DNA of 64,000 bases from Candidatus Kaiserbacteria bacterium RIFOXYB1_FULL_46_14 (GCA_001783525.1 MFMS01000004.1:28741-92740); one strand, 5' to 3'; counted from the stretch's first letter, positions 21,317 to 31,620 are shown. The notes: generated by a model from the letters alone, not told the origin. Made by a program: numbers and translations.

Positions 21317-22387
21317 CTACATCAGGCGCTCCAGTCCTTTTGGATTGACTGAATATGCAAAGGCGTTTTCGACGGTTATCTCCCCTTTGCGAACTAACTC
21401 GATCAATGAACGGTTCATGTCAATCATACCGTGTTCAAGACCAGTCTCGATCACGGTCTGCACTTCGTGAATGCGCCGTTCGCGGATTAGGTTGGATACC
21501 GCACTGTTGTTGATGAGGAGCTCAAAGGCTGGAACTAGACCGCCTTCAATCCTCGGCACCAGACGCTGTGAAAAAATACCCATCAGAGAGCCCGCCAACT
21601 GAACGCGTATCTGGTCTTGCTGACCGGCTGGGAAACTATCGATGATACGGTCGATGGTTTGGGCGGCGTTGTTGGTGTGTAAAGTAGAAAATACCAAGTG
21701 TCCGGTCTCAGCGGCAGTCACTGCCGTCGCAATTGTCTCAGAGTTACGCATTTCTCCAACCATAATCACGTCAATGTCTTGGCGAAAGACGGCATTAAGA
21801 CCGGCTGGGAAACTTGTAGTGTCAGTACCGATCTCACGTTGCTCAATAAGCGCTTGGTCGGGAGTGTACACGTATTCAATCGGGTCTTCGATTGTAACGA
21901 TATGATCAGCGCGCGTTTGGTTGATGAGCTGAAGCATCGCGGCCAGCGTGGTCGATTTGCCCTGACCAACTGGGCCAACGCACAAGAAGAAGCCTTGCGG
22001 TCTGTCGGTAAAGCTTTTAAGAATCGGCGGAAGCTTAAGATCCTCGAGTGTACGAATCTCATTAGGAATATGACGAAGTGCTATCGACGGACTGCCCTGC
22101 TGATGATAAGCATTGCCACGAAAGCGTACGCCGTTGTTCGCTCCGTAAGAGAAATCAACTTCGCTAGTCTTGGTAAATAGTTCGCGGCGTCCTGTGCTTA
22201 TCAAGACATCACAAAAACCGTAAATATCCTCAGCGGTCAACACTGGCTTTTTGATCAGCGGCACCAACGAACCCATGACTCGCACCACTGGATGCGAACC
22301 AACTGATAAGTGTATGTCTGAACCCTTTTCAGACACTATGATCTCGATCAAATCATCGAGTTCTCTTTTATAATCAACGCCAGCCAT
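21317..22387 (-). CDS. pilT: Twitching motility retraction ATPase PilT
   Basis: Walker A GPVGQGKST and a roughly 350-aa PilT-sized secretion ATPase. Confidence 0.85.
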   Translation of the reverse strand: MAGVDYKRELDDLIEIIVSEKGSDIHLSVGSHPVVRVMGSLVPLIKKPVLTAEDIYGFCDVLISTGRRELFTKTSEVDFSYGANNGVRFRGNAYHQQGSPSIALRHIPNEIRTLEDLKLPPILKSFTDRPQGFFLCVGPVGQGKSTTLAAMLQLINQTRADHIVTIEDPIEYVYTPDQALIEQREIGTDTTSFPAGLNAVFRQDIDVIMVGEMRNSETIATAVTAAETGHLVFSTLHTNNAAQTIDRIIDSFPAGQQDQIRVQLAGSLMGIFSQRLVPRIEGGLVPAFELLINNSAVSNLIRERRIHEVQTVIETGLEHGMIDMNRSLIELVRKGEITVENAFAYSVNPKGLERLM

Positions 22388-22531
22388 ACTTCTATGTTTT
22401 GTTCATTATATACGGTATGCCCTAACAACGGCTGCCCAGTGTGGGTATAAGGAAAATTGATTAGTTATTCTGACTTTGAGTCGTTTAAAACGTCTTTTCA
22501 CTCCCAAGGCGCCAGATTCCCTTCTTCTTAT

Positions 22532-24439
22532 TTAAATCGTGTACTTATCTTTTTCTGTGGCCTTCTCGGTACTACCAACACCTGTACCCGGCTCCTTCAA
22601 ATCAGGTTTCCTCACTTCCTCTTTCGTCACATCAATCGGTTCACTTGTATCCGGCACATCGACTGAAGTATCGCTAGCCAAAAACTCGTCGGACACCGCC
22701 GACTCGGCACCGACCTTGGTGCCAAAGTCACTCACCTCAGCGTAAGGAATATGACCTTCTAGGGCTTTGATAATGGCATCTTCCTTCATACTCATAAAGC
22801 CATTTTGCCGAGCCACCTTATAGATTTGCTCTTCCGAGCCACCCTTAAGAATGAGGTCCTGAATCTGCTGATCAACCTCAAGCACTTCTATCACAGCGAT
22901 TCGCCCTTTAGTACCAGAGGCACAACCGGCTGACGGTTCAGCCTCCTGCACATGTTCAAATTTTGGAATTCGGTTGCGATATTTTTCTGGCAGAGTCTCA
23001 AACTCTTTGTCGAACATCAATTTCATACTTTGATCGACAGGCATTTCTTTACCCGGAGGGCAAATGCGTCGGGCCAGACGTTGCGCGATGGCCAGCTTCA
23101 AAGTAGGCGCGATTAGGTAAGGATCGACACCCATATCAATAAGTCGCGGAATCACACCGATCGAGTTGTTGGTGTGAATGGTAGATAAAACCAAGTGTCC
23201 TGTTAGTGCCGCTTGAATGGCGAGCTGGGCCGTTTCTTTATCACGAATCTCTCCCACCAAAATTACATCCGGGTCTTGGCGAAGCGCCGTGCGCAGTCCG
23301 TTGGCAAACGTGTACCCGATCTCAGGACGCACTTGAGATTGCGACACTCCTTCCATATTGTATTCAATCGGGTCTTCGAGCGAGAGCACGTTTTTGGTGG
23401 CGCGATCTACTTCGGCCAACATCGCATATAGTGTGGTGGACTTACCACTACCAGTCGGACCACTGATCAAAATGATTCCGTACGGTTCATCAACCATCCG
23501 CTTGATAGCGGCCAAGTGGTGGCCTGAGATACCAGTCTTCTCAAGTGTGCGTACTCCCTTTTCGTTATCAAGAATACGCATTACCACCTTTTCACCATGA
23601 CTGGTAGGTAAAGTAGAAACACGAAAATCTATCTTGCGACCATCAAAAGTTGCCGAGAAGCGGCCATCTTGCGGTTTTCGCTTTTCATCAAGACGCATTG
23701 AAGAAAGGATTTTGACGCGCGCCACGACGGCCGAATGGACATTTTTGGGTAGATCGAGACTAGTCTGAAGTAATCCATCCACTCGAAAGCGCACCCGCAC
23801 CTTCTCTCCTGTTGGTTCTACGTGAATGTCAGACGCTCCACCATCTACTGCATAGCGCAAGATCGTTGCTACCACCTTGGTCACCGGCGCATCTTCTTTG
23901 ATGTTCTCTTCTTTGGACTGACCTTCTTTTTCATTCTTGCGCTCTGCAATTTCGTTGTCGAGTTCGCTTTCAAGCGAAGTAAGTGCTTGTCCTACTTCCC
24001 CAGTCAAGTTGTCATAAGCCGAAAGCAGTTTGGCCAAATCGTCCGAAAGAAGAAACGTCAGCTTGTAAGGAACACTGTGCTTTGTACTGATAAAGCTTAG
24101 GGCTTCACGCAAACGCAAGTCTTCTGGATCGTTAACTCCTACCAACAACGTACCCTCTTCTAATTTTAGTGGAATGACCTGATAGTTGCGCGCGGCCTCA
24201 ACTGAAATAAACTGCAAGACATTTTGTGGCACGGTTTCATTCTCTGTTGGAGTATAGGCTGGTACACCATAAAATTCAGCCAATTTTTCACGCACTACCT
24301 CCCGAGCCACTCCGACTGAAAGGAGTGCTTGTTCTAACGAAGAACCATTTTGGACAGCCTCGCCAACAGCAGTAACCGAAGTCGCATCCAGTACTCCTTC
24401 TTGTTGTAATTTGGTGAGAAGTTCCATAACCAAGTTCAA
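22532..24439 (-). CDS. pilB: Type IV pilus assembly ATPase PilB (GspE family) with an acidic C-terminal extension
   Basis: Walker A GPTGSGKSTT and an N-terminal GSPII-like domain. Confidence 0.85.
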   Translation of the reverse strand: MNLVMELLTKLQQEGVLDATSVTAVGEAVQNGSSLEQALLSVGVAREVVREKLAEFYGVPAYTPTENETVPQNVLQFISVEAARNYQVIPLKLEEGTLLVGVNDPEDLRLREALSFISTKHSVPYKLTFLLSDDLAKLLSAYDNLTGEVGQALTSLESELDNEIAERKNEKEGQSKEENIKEDAPVTKVVATILRYAVDGGASDIHVEPTGEKVRVRFRVDGLLQTSLDLPKNVHSAVVARVKILSSMRLDEKRKPQDGRFSATFDGRKIDFRVSTLPTSHGEKVVMRILDNEKGVRTLEKTGISGHHLAAIKRMVDEPYGIILISGPTGSGKSTTLYAMLAEVDRATKNVLSLEDPIEYNMEGVSQSQVRPEIGYTFANGLRTALRQDPDVILVGEIRDKETAQLAIQAALTGHLVLSTIHTNNSIGVIPRLIDMGVDPYLIAPTLKLAIAQRLARRICPPGKEMPVDQSMKLMFDKEFETLPEKYRNRIPKFEHVQEAEPSAGCASGTKGRIAVIEVLEVDQQIQDLILKGGSEEQIYKVARQNGFMSMKEDAIIKALEGHIPYAEVSDFGTKVGAESAVSDEFLASDTSVDVPDTSEPIDVTKEEVRKPDLKEPGTGVGSTEKATEKDKYTI

Positions 24440-24535
24440 AATTCCAACTCCAATGCTCTAATGAAGCAACACTTGCGACAAACAGCCCAGCTATTTTGTC
24501 ACTCTACGAACCCTACTACCTATAATGCCGCCAAT

Positions 24536-24820
24536 CTACTGAAACGGATTCTCGCGACCGGCCGGCACCTCCTGTGGAGCAGAGCTAAAATCAATCAATG
24601 AACGAAAGCGTGCATCGTCAAAGACGGTGCGCGATAGAGCAACTTGTTCTATATCATTGAGACGATTGAGAAACTCGCTAGTGAGTAACTGCCCTTCGCT
24701 ACCAGAAGACGTCTCTAGACCTGCATCTTTGTTGAGTATAAAAAGATAATAACCAGCGTAAGCTAGCGCGGCTAAAGCGGCAAAGACTAGGATGTTTTTA
24801 ACTAAGGAAGACATAATCAA
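24536..24820 (-). CDS. Small pilus-associated membrane-anchored protein (possibly PilP-like)
   Basis: N-terminal TM segment and a position between pilO and pilB. Confidence 0.4.
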   Translation of the reverse strand: MIMSSLVKNILVFAALAALAYAGYYLFILNKDAGLETSSGSEGQLLTSEFLNRLNDIEQVALSRTVFDDARFRSLIDFSSAPQEVPAGRENPFQ

Positions 24821-24824
24821 AATC

Positions 24825-25451
24825 CTAATTTCCTTTAAGCGAATAAGTCTCTACAACAAGATTGTACTCCAAAAGTGAATTGTCGGTCTCCTCAATGGCG
24901 AATTCAAATTCAAGCAACCGTAACGGGTAAGCATTTCGCTCCAGATCTTTCAAAAAAGATTTCATCTGATCGTAAGTGCCCACTACTGAAACTTTAAACT
25001 TCTGTGCGTACATACCGCTCTTTTGCGCTGTGCCCTCTGTCGTCTCAGCTGGAGGTGCGACCATTCCAGCATCAGCAGTCTGCTCAGCTACCACGCCCTG
25101 TTCATTTAAAGTGGTGGTGACCCGTACCGGAGTAGCTGGTTCAACCTCAAGCAAGAGGAGACCATTACTATCGGCCATATTGGATATGTCACGACCTACC
25201 ACAACGGCGTCAATCTCTTCTGGCAAATAACGGAAGAGATTTTCACGCTCGAGAGCAGACATTGCCTTTGCCTGATTGAGAAGGGCTTGGAGTCGTTGAT
25301 TATAACGGCCAATGTTATCGAGTGCAGTCCGGTAAGTCACCATCTCATTCTGCTGGTAAGCGATCTCAGAAAATTTTGGCTTGACCACAGTAAAAACGAT
25401 CACGACCGAGATCACGATGAGTACTATCTGAGTTCCAGCTTGAAATCGCAT
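24825..25451 (-). CDS. pilO: Type IV pilus assembly protein PilO-like
   Basis: TM segment, coiled coil, and a position after pilN. Confidence 0.6.
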   Translation of the reverse strand: MRFQAGTQIVLIVISVVIVFTVVKPKFSEIAYQQNEMVTYRTALDNIGRYNQRLQALLNQAKAMSALERENLFRYLPEEIDAVVVGRDISNMADSNGLLLLEVEPATPVRVTTTLNEQGVVAEQTADAGMVAPPAETTEGTAQKSGMYAQKFKVSVVGTYDQMKSFLKDLERNAYPLRLLEFEFAIEETDNSLLEYNLVVETYSLKGN

Positions 25452-25460
25452 AATTTAAAA

Positions 25461-26180
25461 CTAAGTTTCACTTTCTACAGTCGTTGTCGCACTATCTCCA
25501 CTTACGCCTGGCTCGCCTTCTACCACACTAGCTTCTTCCACCACCGTCGAACTTGCCTCCGTTTCTACCACATCTGCAGTGTACGGGATCATTGATGCCG
25601 GCTTGGTGTCAGTGATGATGAAAGTGAGTGTGGTATTACCAGAAACTAAAGCACCGCCACTCTCACCCTGAACACTGTAATCGTATTTGGATACAGTGGC
25701 GTCTTTTAAGATTCCGGCATTCTTAAGTAGATCTTTTTGCCAAAGTACTTCATTCAAATCTCCAGCACGACCAGTTAGTGCCAGCTCATACTGACCGTTT
25801 GGTAAGTACTTGTACTTCATAGCAGAGAAACTGATGTTGTCCGCCACAACTGATTCTAGATCTGCAAAGATCTTTGAAGGTGCGGCTGATTCATTGACTA
25901 GCTTCTCAGTATTCTTAAGGCGCAGATCAAGCAACTTAACCATCTCAATATCAGAAGTGCTGAAACGTGATTGTTCAGTAACTAGCTGATCCTTTATAGA
26001 AGTGACTGAACGATTGACGCTCGAGGCGTAAAGAAAAACTCCGGCAACGGCAAAGAGTGTGCCGAAGAAAACTACATAGCTGACGTAACTAAGGACGTAA
26101 ATACGATGTGGCCCTCGTGTACGTACATTTGATACACGAGCGCTATTTTTGGGTATAAAAGAAGATCCTTGGCCTTCCAT
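25461..26180 (-). CDS. pilN: Type IV pilus assembly protein PilN-like
   Basis: Cytoplasmic N-terminus, one TM segment, then a periplasmic domain, located after pilM. Confidence 0.6.
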   Translation of the reverse strand: MEGQGSSFIPKNSARVSNVRTRGPHRIYVLSYVSYVVFFGTLFAVAGVFLYASSVNRSVTSIKDQLVTEQSRFSTSDIEMVKLLDLRLKNTEKLVNESAAPSKIFADLESVVADNISFSAMKYKYLPNGQYELALTGRAGDLNEVLWQKDLLKNAGILKDATVSKYDYSVQGESGGALVSGNTTLTFIITDTKPASMIPYTADVVETEASSTVVEEASVVEGEPGVSGDSATTTVESET

Positions 26181-26264
26181 AGAAATGATTATATGTTACT
26201 TAGTCACCTACCCCGCCTTTCTCTGTGTGGACAAGTTTCAGCGAATACAAGAGCGTGTAAAAAT

Positions 26265-26479
26265 AAAACTCCCAAAATGAGAGGAAATTCGACGGACTGG
26301 AGGAATTTTAACGACCAAAACGTAATCAACCTGTAAACGAATAATTAAAAAATTAAAACTCCCGAAATGAGATGAAGTTGCGTTTGCTGGAGGAAGGAAC
26401 ACGACCAAGACGTAGTCAACCTACGGCGCGGGAGTGATCCGACTGAAGCAAATACAAATTCGCTCATTTCGGGAGTTTT
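26265..26479. repeat. MITE-like element, copy B, carrying an internal tandem duplication of the left arm
   Basis: AAAACTCCCAAAATGAG at 26265, AAAACTCCCGAAATGAG at 26355, and the inverted CTCATTTCGGGAGTTTT at 26463. Homologous to copies A and C. Confidence 0.7.
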
Positions 26480-27566
26480 ATTGGAGGGTGCGAAGAGCGG
26501 CGCCTAATGCCACTCCAAAAGACGGCCCTATTTGACGCAATGTGTCCTCGAGGAAAGCCGGATAAGCAACCTTTCCAAACGGGTTTGCTAACTCCACTTG
26601 CCGACCTAGTCGATCCTGCGCAAATTCCTGCATGTAAGGTCCGGTAAATACTCCGCCAGACAATACGATACGTCCTATTGCCGCACCGGTACGCGACTCA
26701 TATTGTTCGATCATTCGGCGAAATTCAGATAACGAACCGTCCACTACGGTAGTGGTGATTTTGTATATTCCGGCGCCCTTCTCTTCGGCTCTATCATAAG
26801 AACGCTTAGCGTTCTCAGCCTCTTCAAATGGAATACTGAGTGTCTCAGACACACGGCGCGTGATCTCATATCCACCTTGCCCGGCGCGGTGCAAACGCTC
26901 TAGATTGCCTTGACGCACCAAATATAATTTGGCGGCACGGGCACCAATATCAACAATAGCCAACGTCGTATCTCCCTCACGCCATACCGAACGAATAAGA
27001 CTAAACACTTCGATCTCAGCCGGCTGCAAGGTCATCCCGATATTCATCAAAAGCGAACGATATTCTTCGAGGGCATTATTCTCAACCGCCGCCAACATCA
27101 CTTCGTGCATATTGTTTGCAGTCGGCGCGGTCGGGATCTCGGTCCAATCCAAGGTAACCTCGCTAAGTGGCAACGGTACATACTTACGAGCTTCTACAGG
27201 AATACGGGTCGCCAGATCATCTGATGAATTCGGCAATATCGGCAAAGTTATTACCGTGAGGAAACTAGAAGAAAGTGGCATTGCCAAGGCACCACTACGG
27301 CCCTTAACACCAGCCTCACGCAAGACATCTGTAACAGCCTCGACTCTATGCTGTTCTGAAAGAGTTACTATCTCGCCTAAAGACTTGCCCTCGTAAGGAC
27401 CAAGTTGTAGCTCGCCGTAAGTACGAAGGGCTATTGCCTTTTCGATATCTTCGAGCTCAACCACCTTTACTGAAGAACCGCCGATATCGATACCCACTGC
27501 CATTGATGACCGCGTCGGGGTATTACCATTCGCTCCCGAAAAAATTTTTTTGAAAGAAAAAGCCAT
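26478..27566 (-). CDS. pilM: Type IV pilus assembly protein PilM (actin-like ATPase)
   Basis: GIDIGGSSVKVVELE phosphate-1 motif and an actin/HSP70 fold. Confidence 0.85.
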   Translation of the reverse strand: MAFSFKKIFSGANGNTPTRSSMAVGIDIGGSSVKVVELEDIEKAIALRTYGELQLGPYEGKSLGEIVTLSEQHRVEAVTDVLREAGVKGRSGALAMPLSSSFLTVITLPILPNSSDDLATRIPVEARKYVPLPLSEVTLDWTEIPTAPTANNMHEVMLAAVENNALEEYRSLLMNIGMTLQPAEIEVFSLIRSVWREGDTTLAIVDIGARAAKLYLVRQGNLERLHRAGQGGYEITRRVSETLSIPFEEAENAKRSYDRAEEKGAGIYKITTTVVDGSLSEFRRMIEQYESRTGAAIGRIVLSGGVFTGPYMQEFAQDRLGRQVELANPFGKVAYPAFLEDTLRQIGPSFGVALGAALRTLQ

Positions 27567-27642
27567 AATAAGAACTCGCGCGACAAAAGTTCAGGTTACA
27601 ATTTGATGCACTGTAAATCATTTAGATTTTAACATACCAAAA

Positions 27643-28269
27643 ATGCTATCTCTGCTATTTAGATTGTGTGAGTGTGTGTTTAGAGAGCGTGACGAACACA
27701 AAATCGTACGTGAACTTTCGATTAATGATTTAAAAAACCACCTTTGTCCGACAAATCACTCTGACTTTGTGTTCCTTATGCCATTTGGCGAACCCGCTGT
27801 TCGTGCCGTTATCCATGAAGCAAAATTTCACGGCAATGAGAAAGCTTGGCGATTACTAGGAGAGATCTTATCCGACTACCTTAAACATTTTCCAGAAGAA
27901 TCAATAGTCATACCGATACCGCTTTCATCTACCAGACTAAGGCAGCGTGGTTACAACCAAGTAACCGAGGTAGCACAGCGAAGCGGAATGACGACGTCTA
28001 GCAAACCACCCTCCTCTTCACTCCCCCGACTTCGCGCCGACCTCCTCTACCGCAAGCGTGACACCACTCCCCAGACGTCCTTGACGCGACAAGAAAGACT
28101 GAAGAATGTCACCGAGGCCTTCGGCGTCCGCAACCAGCCTGACATCAGTGGCGCGCATATCATTGTTCTCGATGATGTGGCGACAACTGGGGCAACGCTG
28201 AAAGCGGCCGAAGCTACGCTTCGGCCGCTCCGTCCTGCCTCTATTACACTGCTTGCCCTTGCACACTAG
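27643..28269 (+). CDS. comF: Competence protein ComF (phosphoribosyltransferase domain)
   Basis: PRTase motif IVLDDVATTGATL, with an N-terminal region matching ComFC. Confidence 0.75.
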   Translation: MLSLLFRLCECVFRERDEHKIVRELSINDLKNHLCPTNHSDFVFLMPFGEPAVRAVIHEAKFHGNEKAWRLLGEILSDYLKHFPEESIVIPIPLSSTRLRQRGYNQVTEVAQRSGMTTSSKPPSSSLPRLRADLLYRKRDTTPQTSLTRQERLKNVTEAFGVRNQPDISGAHIIVLDDVATTGATLKAAEATLRPLRPASITLLALAH

Positions 28270-29491
28270 CTAGTCGTTCCAACGCCACAATAAACGCCGC
28301 TACTCGAAGTGGAACCTTTTTTTCCTCTGCTCTCTGCCAAATCAGATCGGCTTGCGGTACAAGTGTCTCTTTCAACTTCGTTAACACCTTTTCCTCTTCC
28401 CAATGCTCCCCTGCCAAATTTTGTTCCCATTCAAAAGTAGAAACTATTACCCCACCAGCATTAGCCAGAATGTCCGGCACAACCACTGCTCCGCGCTGGT
28501 GCAAGATTTCATCGGCTTCCGGTGTTGTTGGTCCGTTGGCAAGCTCTAGAATCAACTTTGCAGATACGCGCGAAACATTTTGATCGGTGATTTGATTTTC
28601 AAGTGCCGCTGGTACCAATACATCAACCGGCAACTCCAAAAGTTCAGCATTACTAATCTCCTTCGCGTCAGAGAAACCTGTGAGTGTGTGGTGTTCTTCC
28701 TTATATTTTTCAACCTCTTCTGGATCGAGACCGTTTTCATTGTAGATACCACCTTTTGAATCAGACATCGCCACCACTTTGTAACCATGCGAGGCAAATA
28801 TTTTGGCGGCGTGTCCACCTACATTACCCATTCCCTGTATCGCCACACTAGCTCCTTCTGCTACGCCGGCTCGTGCACGGACTGCATCAAATACATAAAA
28901 ACCGCCGAGGCCAGTAGCGGCACCACGTCCTTCTGAACCCTGTCTATTTTGCGGTCTCGTGCCACCGATCGGCTTTCCGGTAAAAGTCGCGTCAGTTTGA
29001 TCACCGGACAACTTCGCGTATTCATCTACCATCCAGGCCATTATTTCTGGAGTGGTATTTACGTCTGGAGCCGGCACATCTACCCTAGGGCCGATATCGC
29101 GCCAGAGTGCGCGCACAAAACCGCGCGACAATCGTTCGAGCTCACTTACCGAAAGTTCTTTTGGATCAACTACGACACCACCTTTGCCGCCGCCCATCGC
29201 GATGCCAGCGACCGCAGTCTTCATTGTCATCCAAAGCGCCAGTGCTCTCACTTCATCGATGTCAGCGTTCTGATGAAAACGGATTCCTCCCTTGTACGGG
29301 CCACGCCAGTTGCAGTGTTGGACTCGATAACCTTCAAAAAAACGAAGCGTTCCATCATCCATTCGTACCGGAATAGTTACAGTAATTTCTTTTTCAGATC
29401 GAGATAGTTTCTCAATCAGATCACTCGGAAACTCCCCTACCTTTGCCGCTCCCCACAACTGCCGCAATGCGTTTTCAAATGGATTTATCAT
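28244..29491 (-). CDS. gdh: Glutamate dehydrogenase (Glu/Leu/Phe/Val dehydrogenase family)
   Basis: KGGIRFH, GIAMGGGKGG, and an NAD(P) Rossmann fold. Confidence 0.9.
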   Translation of the reverse strand: MINPFENALRQLWGAAKVGEFPSDLIEKLSRSEKEITVTIPVRMDDGTLRFFEGYRVQHCNWRGPYKGGIRFHQNADIDEVRALALWMTMKTAVAGIAMGGGKGGVVVDPKELSVSELERLSRGFVRALWRDIGPRVDVPAPDVNTTPEIMAWMVDEYAKLSGDQTDATFTGKPIGGTRPQNRQGSEGRGAATGLGGFYVFDAVRARAGVAEGASVAIQGMGNVGGHAAKIFASHGYKVVAMSDSKGGIYNENGLDPEEVEKYKEEHHTLTGFSDAKEISNAELLELPVDVLVPAALENQITDQNVSRVSAKLILELANGPTTPEADEILHQRGAVVVPDILANAGGVIVSTFEWEQNLAGEHWEEEKVLTKLKETLVPQADLIWQRAEEKKVPLRVAAFIVALERLASVQGQAV

Positions 29492-29656
29492 AAATTTAAT
29501 CAGTCCCTAAATCATACAACGCCCTCACTTTCTGCCGAAATTTCATATTTCTGCCGATTTGACGAACCTTGATTTATTATGCACAGTTCATATAAGGCTT
29601 GAAAAAATAGCCTTTTTCGATGATACACTATGGGCATAACAATAATTTAAACCGAA

Positions 29657-29911
29657 ATGGCAAAAGCAAATTCCGCTTTTATGAAGCCGATGAACCTGAG
29701 TGAAGATCTTGAAGCAGTAGTCGGAAAGGGTCCGATGCCTCGATCTGAGGTGGTAAAGGCGCTATGGGTATACATTAAAAAGAACGGCCTGCAGGATGAG
29801 AAGAACAAGCGCAATATCAATGCCGATGCCAACCTAAAGAAGATTTTCGATGGTAAGGGACAGGTTTCAATGTTTGAGATGACCAAGTTGGTCTCTAAGC
29901 ACATCTCCTAA
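29657..29911 (+). CDS. SWIB/MDM2 domain protein
   Basis: KALWVYIKKNGLQDEKNKRNINADANLKKIFDG matches the SWIB consensus. Confidence 0.75.
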   Translation: MAKANSAFMKPMNLSEDLEAVVGKGPMPRSEVVKALWVYIKKNGLQDEKNKRNINADANLKKIFDGKGQVSMFEMTKLVSKHIS

Positions 29912-29932
29912 TAACTACCGCAGATATTAATA

Positions 29933-29968
29933 AAACCGCCGGCCAGTATCCTCTGGCCGGCGGTTTTT
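29933..29968. terminator. Rho-independent terminator
   Basis: Stem ccgccggccag, loop tatcct, stem ctggccggcgg, followed by a T-tract. Confidence 0.75.
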
Positions 29969-30026
29969 ATGCAAAAAGAAAACGCGGACAAAACTGTCCG
30001 CGCTTCTGGTCAATGGCGCCGATGAT

Positions 30027-30254
30027 TCACACCACGTCGAAGTGTTCGTCGGACCGATGAGCGATTCTGCGTGCCGGCTTTTTCATTTCCGGTTGCCAAT
30101 CCTCCCTTTCGACGAACCGACCGGCTTCGGCTTCCGAAGGCCGATATCGTTCAGTCAAGACCTTGCGAAAATTCGGGTCGTTTTCGTTTATTCCTTCATC
30201 CGCAAGAAGTTTTTTAATTTCTTTGAATGTAAAGGTTGCAAGTGTAACGTCCAT
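30027..30254 (-). CDS. Small hypothetical protein of 75 aa
   Basis: A perfect AGGAGG sits 5 nt upstream of the ATG. Confidence 0.55.
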   Translation of the reverse strand: MDVTLATFTFKEIKKLLADEGINENDPNFRKVLTERYRPSEAEAGRFVEREDWQPEMKKPARRIAHRSDEHFDVV

Positions 30255-30581
30255 CGTATCCTCCTGATATTGGACATGTTAAGAACAAAAGAACTAACTC
30301 ACTTCGAAACAAAAACGACCACGTTTGGCGCGGCCGGTTTTGATTTCTTGAACTTACGTATCAAACCGACCCGCTTAACGATGCGAGAATCACCAGAAGC
30401 ATAAAGAATCCCCAAGCAGGAAACTCATTACTCCTTATTGCGATTTGATACGTATGTACCATATAGAGAATATATATCCGCGTCTTTTTGCTGTCAAATG
30501 TTGCGGGGTGGAAATTTTCTGGTACTCTCCCTGCAGACTTCATCAGCACATCAAAAAGAAAGGGTATTCCATGTCAGGCGA

Positions 30582-31221
30582 GCTAATCGTTATCTGTACC
30601 GGAAAAACCGGGAGAAAGTACATCAACGACGAGGGGGAGCAAGCGGACGTAACACCGTTCGTCGGATCGGACAACGACCAACTTGGTATCGGTATCTTCG
30701 TTACACGGGCTGACGGAACCGAGAAAGCGTGGATATGGGGACTTCTCATACCACACCTTCTCATACGATCATGGCGCGCAATGAAACTACTCGAAGCGAT
30801 GCCGCGTATCCGCGTGCACGGGAGCCTCAGCCATTGCTGGAGCCTGGCCTGCGATCCATTACACAGTGGCGAAAACAAGTACCTTGATGAAGAAGGCGCC
30901 CTGTTTGGTAACTACGATAAATTCCGCGAAGCACGGGCGCAAATCCTCGCGGCGTTTCCTTCAACCACCATGCTCAAGAATATGCTTAAGGTCATCGACA
31001 AGCACGGCCTCCAAGTCTCGAACAATGAAATCCAGATGTGTCGAAGTAAGCTTGCAGCAGCGAACATTATCCTAGAACGACTCTGTGTCGCCGACGAAGC
31101 GCGACGCAGACGAGCTGAGGTCGAAGCAAACGCCAACGCCAAACGCGAGGCGGATCGCATCAAGATTGCTGAGGCAGTGATGGAAAAACGTAAATCATTC
31201 TTCCGTCGCTGGTTCTTCTGA
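30582..31221 (+). CDS. Hypothetical protein. The longest ORF begins at 30445, but the likely start is the Met at 30582.
   Basis: aaggg RBS upstream, a coiled-coil Arg/Glu/Ala-rich C-terminus, and a terminator after the gene. Confidence 0.5.
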
Positions 31222-31225
31222 CACT

Positions 31226-31260
31226 AATAGGGCCGATCGCTTCGCGATCGGCCTATTCTT
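31226..31260. terminator. Rho-independent terminator
   Basis: Stem gggccgatcgc, loop ttc, stem gcgatcggccc. Confidence 0.7.
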
Positions 31261-31302
31261 TAACTTGAGAGTTTGAAACCACAACTACAACCAGTTCTGT
31301 CG

Positions 31303-31389
31303 GCGGAGAGAGCGAGATTCGAACTCGCGAACCCTGTTAGGGGTCGACAGTTTAGTAAACTGTTGGTTTCAGCCACTCACCCATCTCTC
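31303..31389 (-). tRNA. Type II tRNA-Ser paralogue with an apparent ACT anticodon (loop ttACTaa)
   Basis: Long variable arm, D-loop GAGTGGCTGAA, and a T-arm gcgagTTCGAATctcgc identical to the neighbouring tRNA-Ser(GCT). Confidence 0.55.
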
Positions 31390-31414
31390 CATTTTCTATA
31401 TCAAATTTGGCGCG

Positions 31415-31501
31415 GCGGAGACGGCGAGATTCGAACTCGCGAGGCCGATTAAAGCCTGGCCCCTTAGCAAGGGGCTACGTTAGACCACTCTGACACGTCT
31501 C
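31415..31501 (-). tRNA. tRNA-Ser (anticodon GCT), type II
   Basis: Anticodon loop ttGCTaa, a long variable arm, and acceptor ggagacg/cgtctcc. Confidence 0.75.
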
Positions 31502-31620
31502 CAAATATTTACCCTTGGACACAAATCCAAAAGTTGCTCTATATTGCCCTATTTGTTGTACCTTTTCAAATATTTGATTTGTTGTAATTATTTAGGGAGA
31601 CCACAACCGGGAGAGCTGCG

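Noticed and set aside
26265-26479. Possible CRISPR array, suggested by direct repeats of about 85 bp
   Set aside because: There are only two diverged units plus an inverted copy. The units are far longer than CRISPR repeats, there are no uniform spacers, and no cas genes occur anywhere in the window. The locus fits a MITE-like element better.
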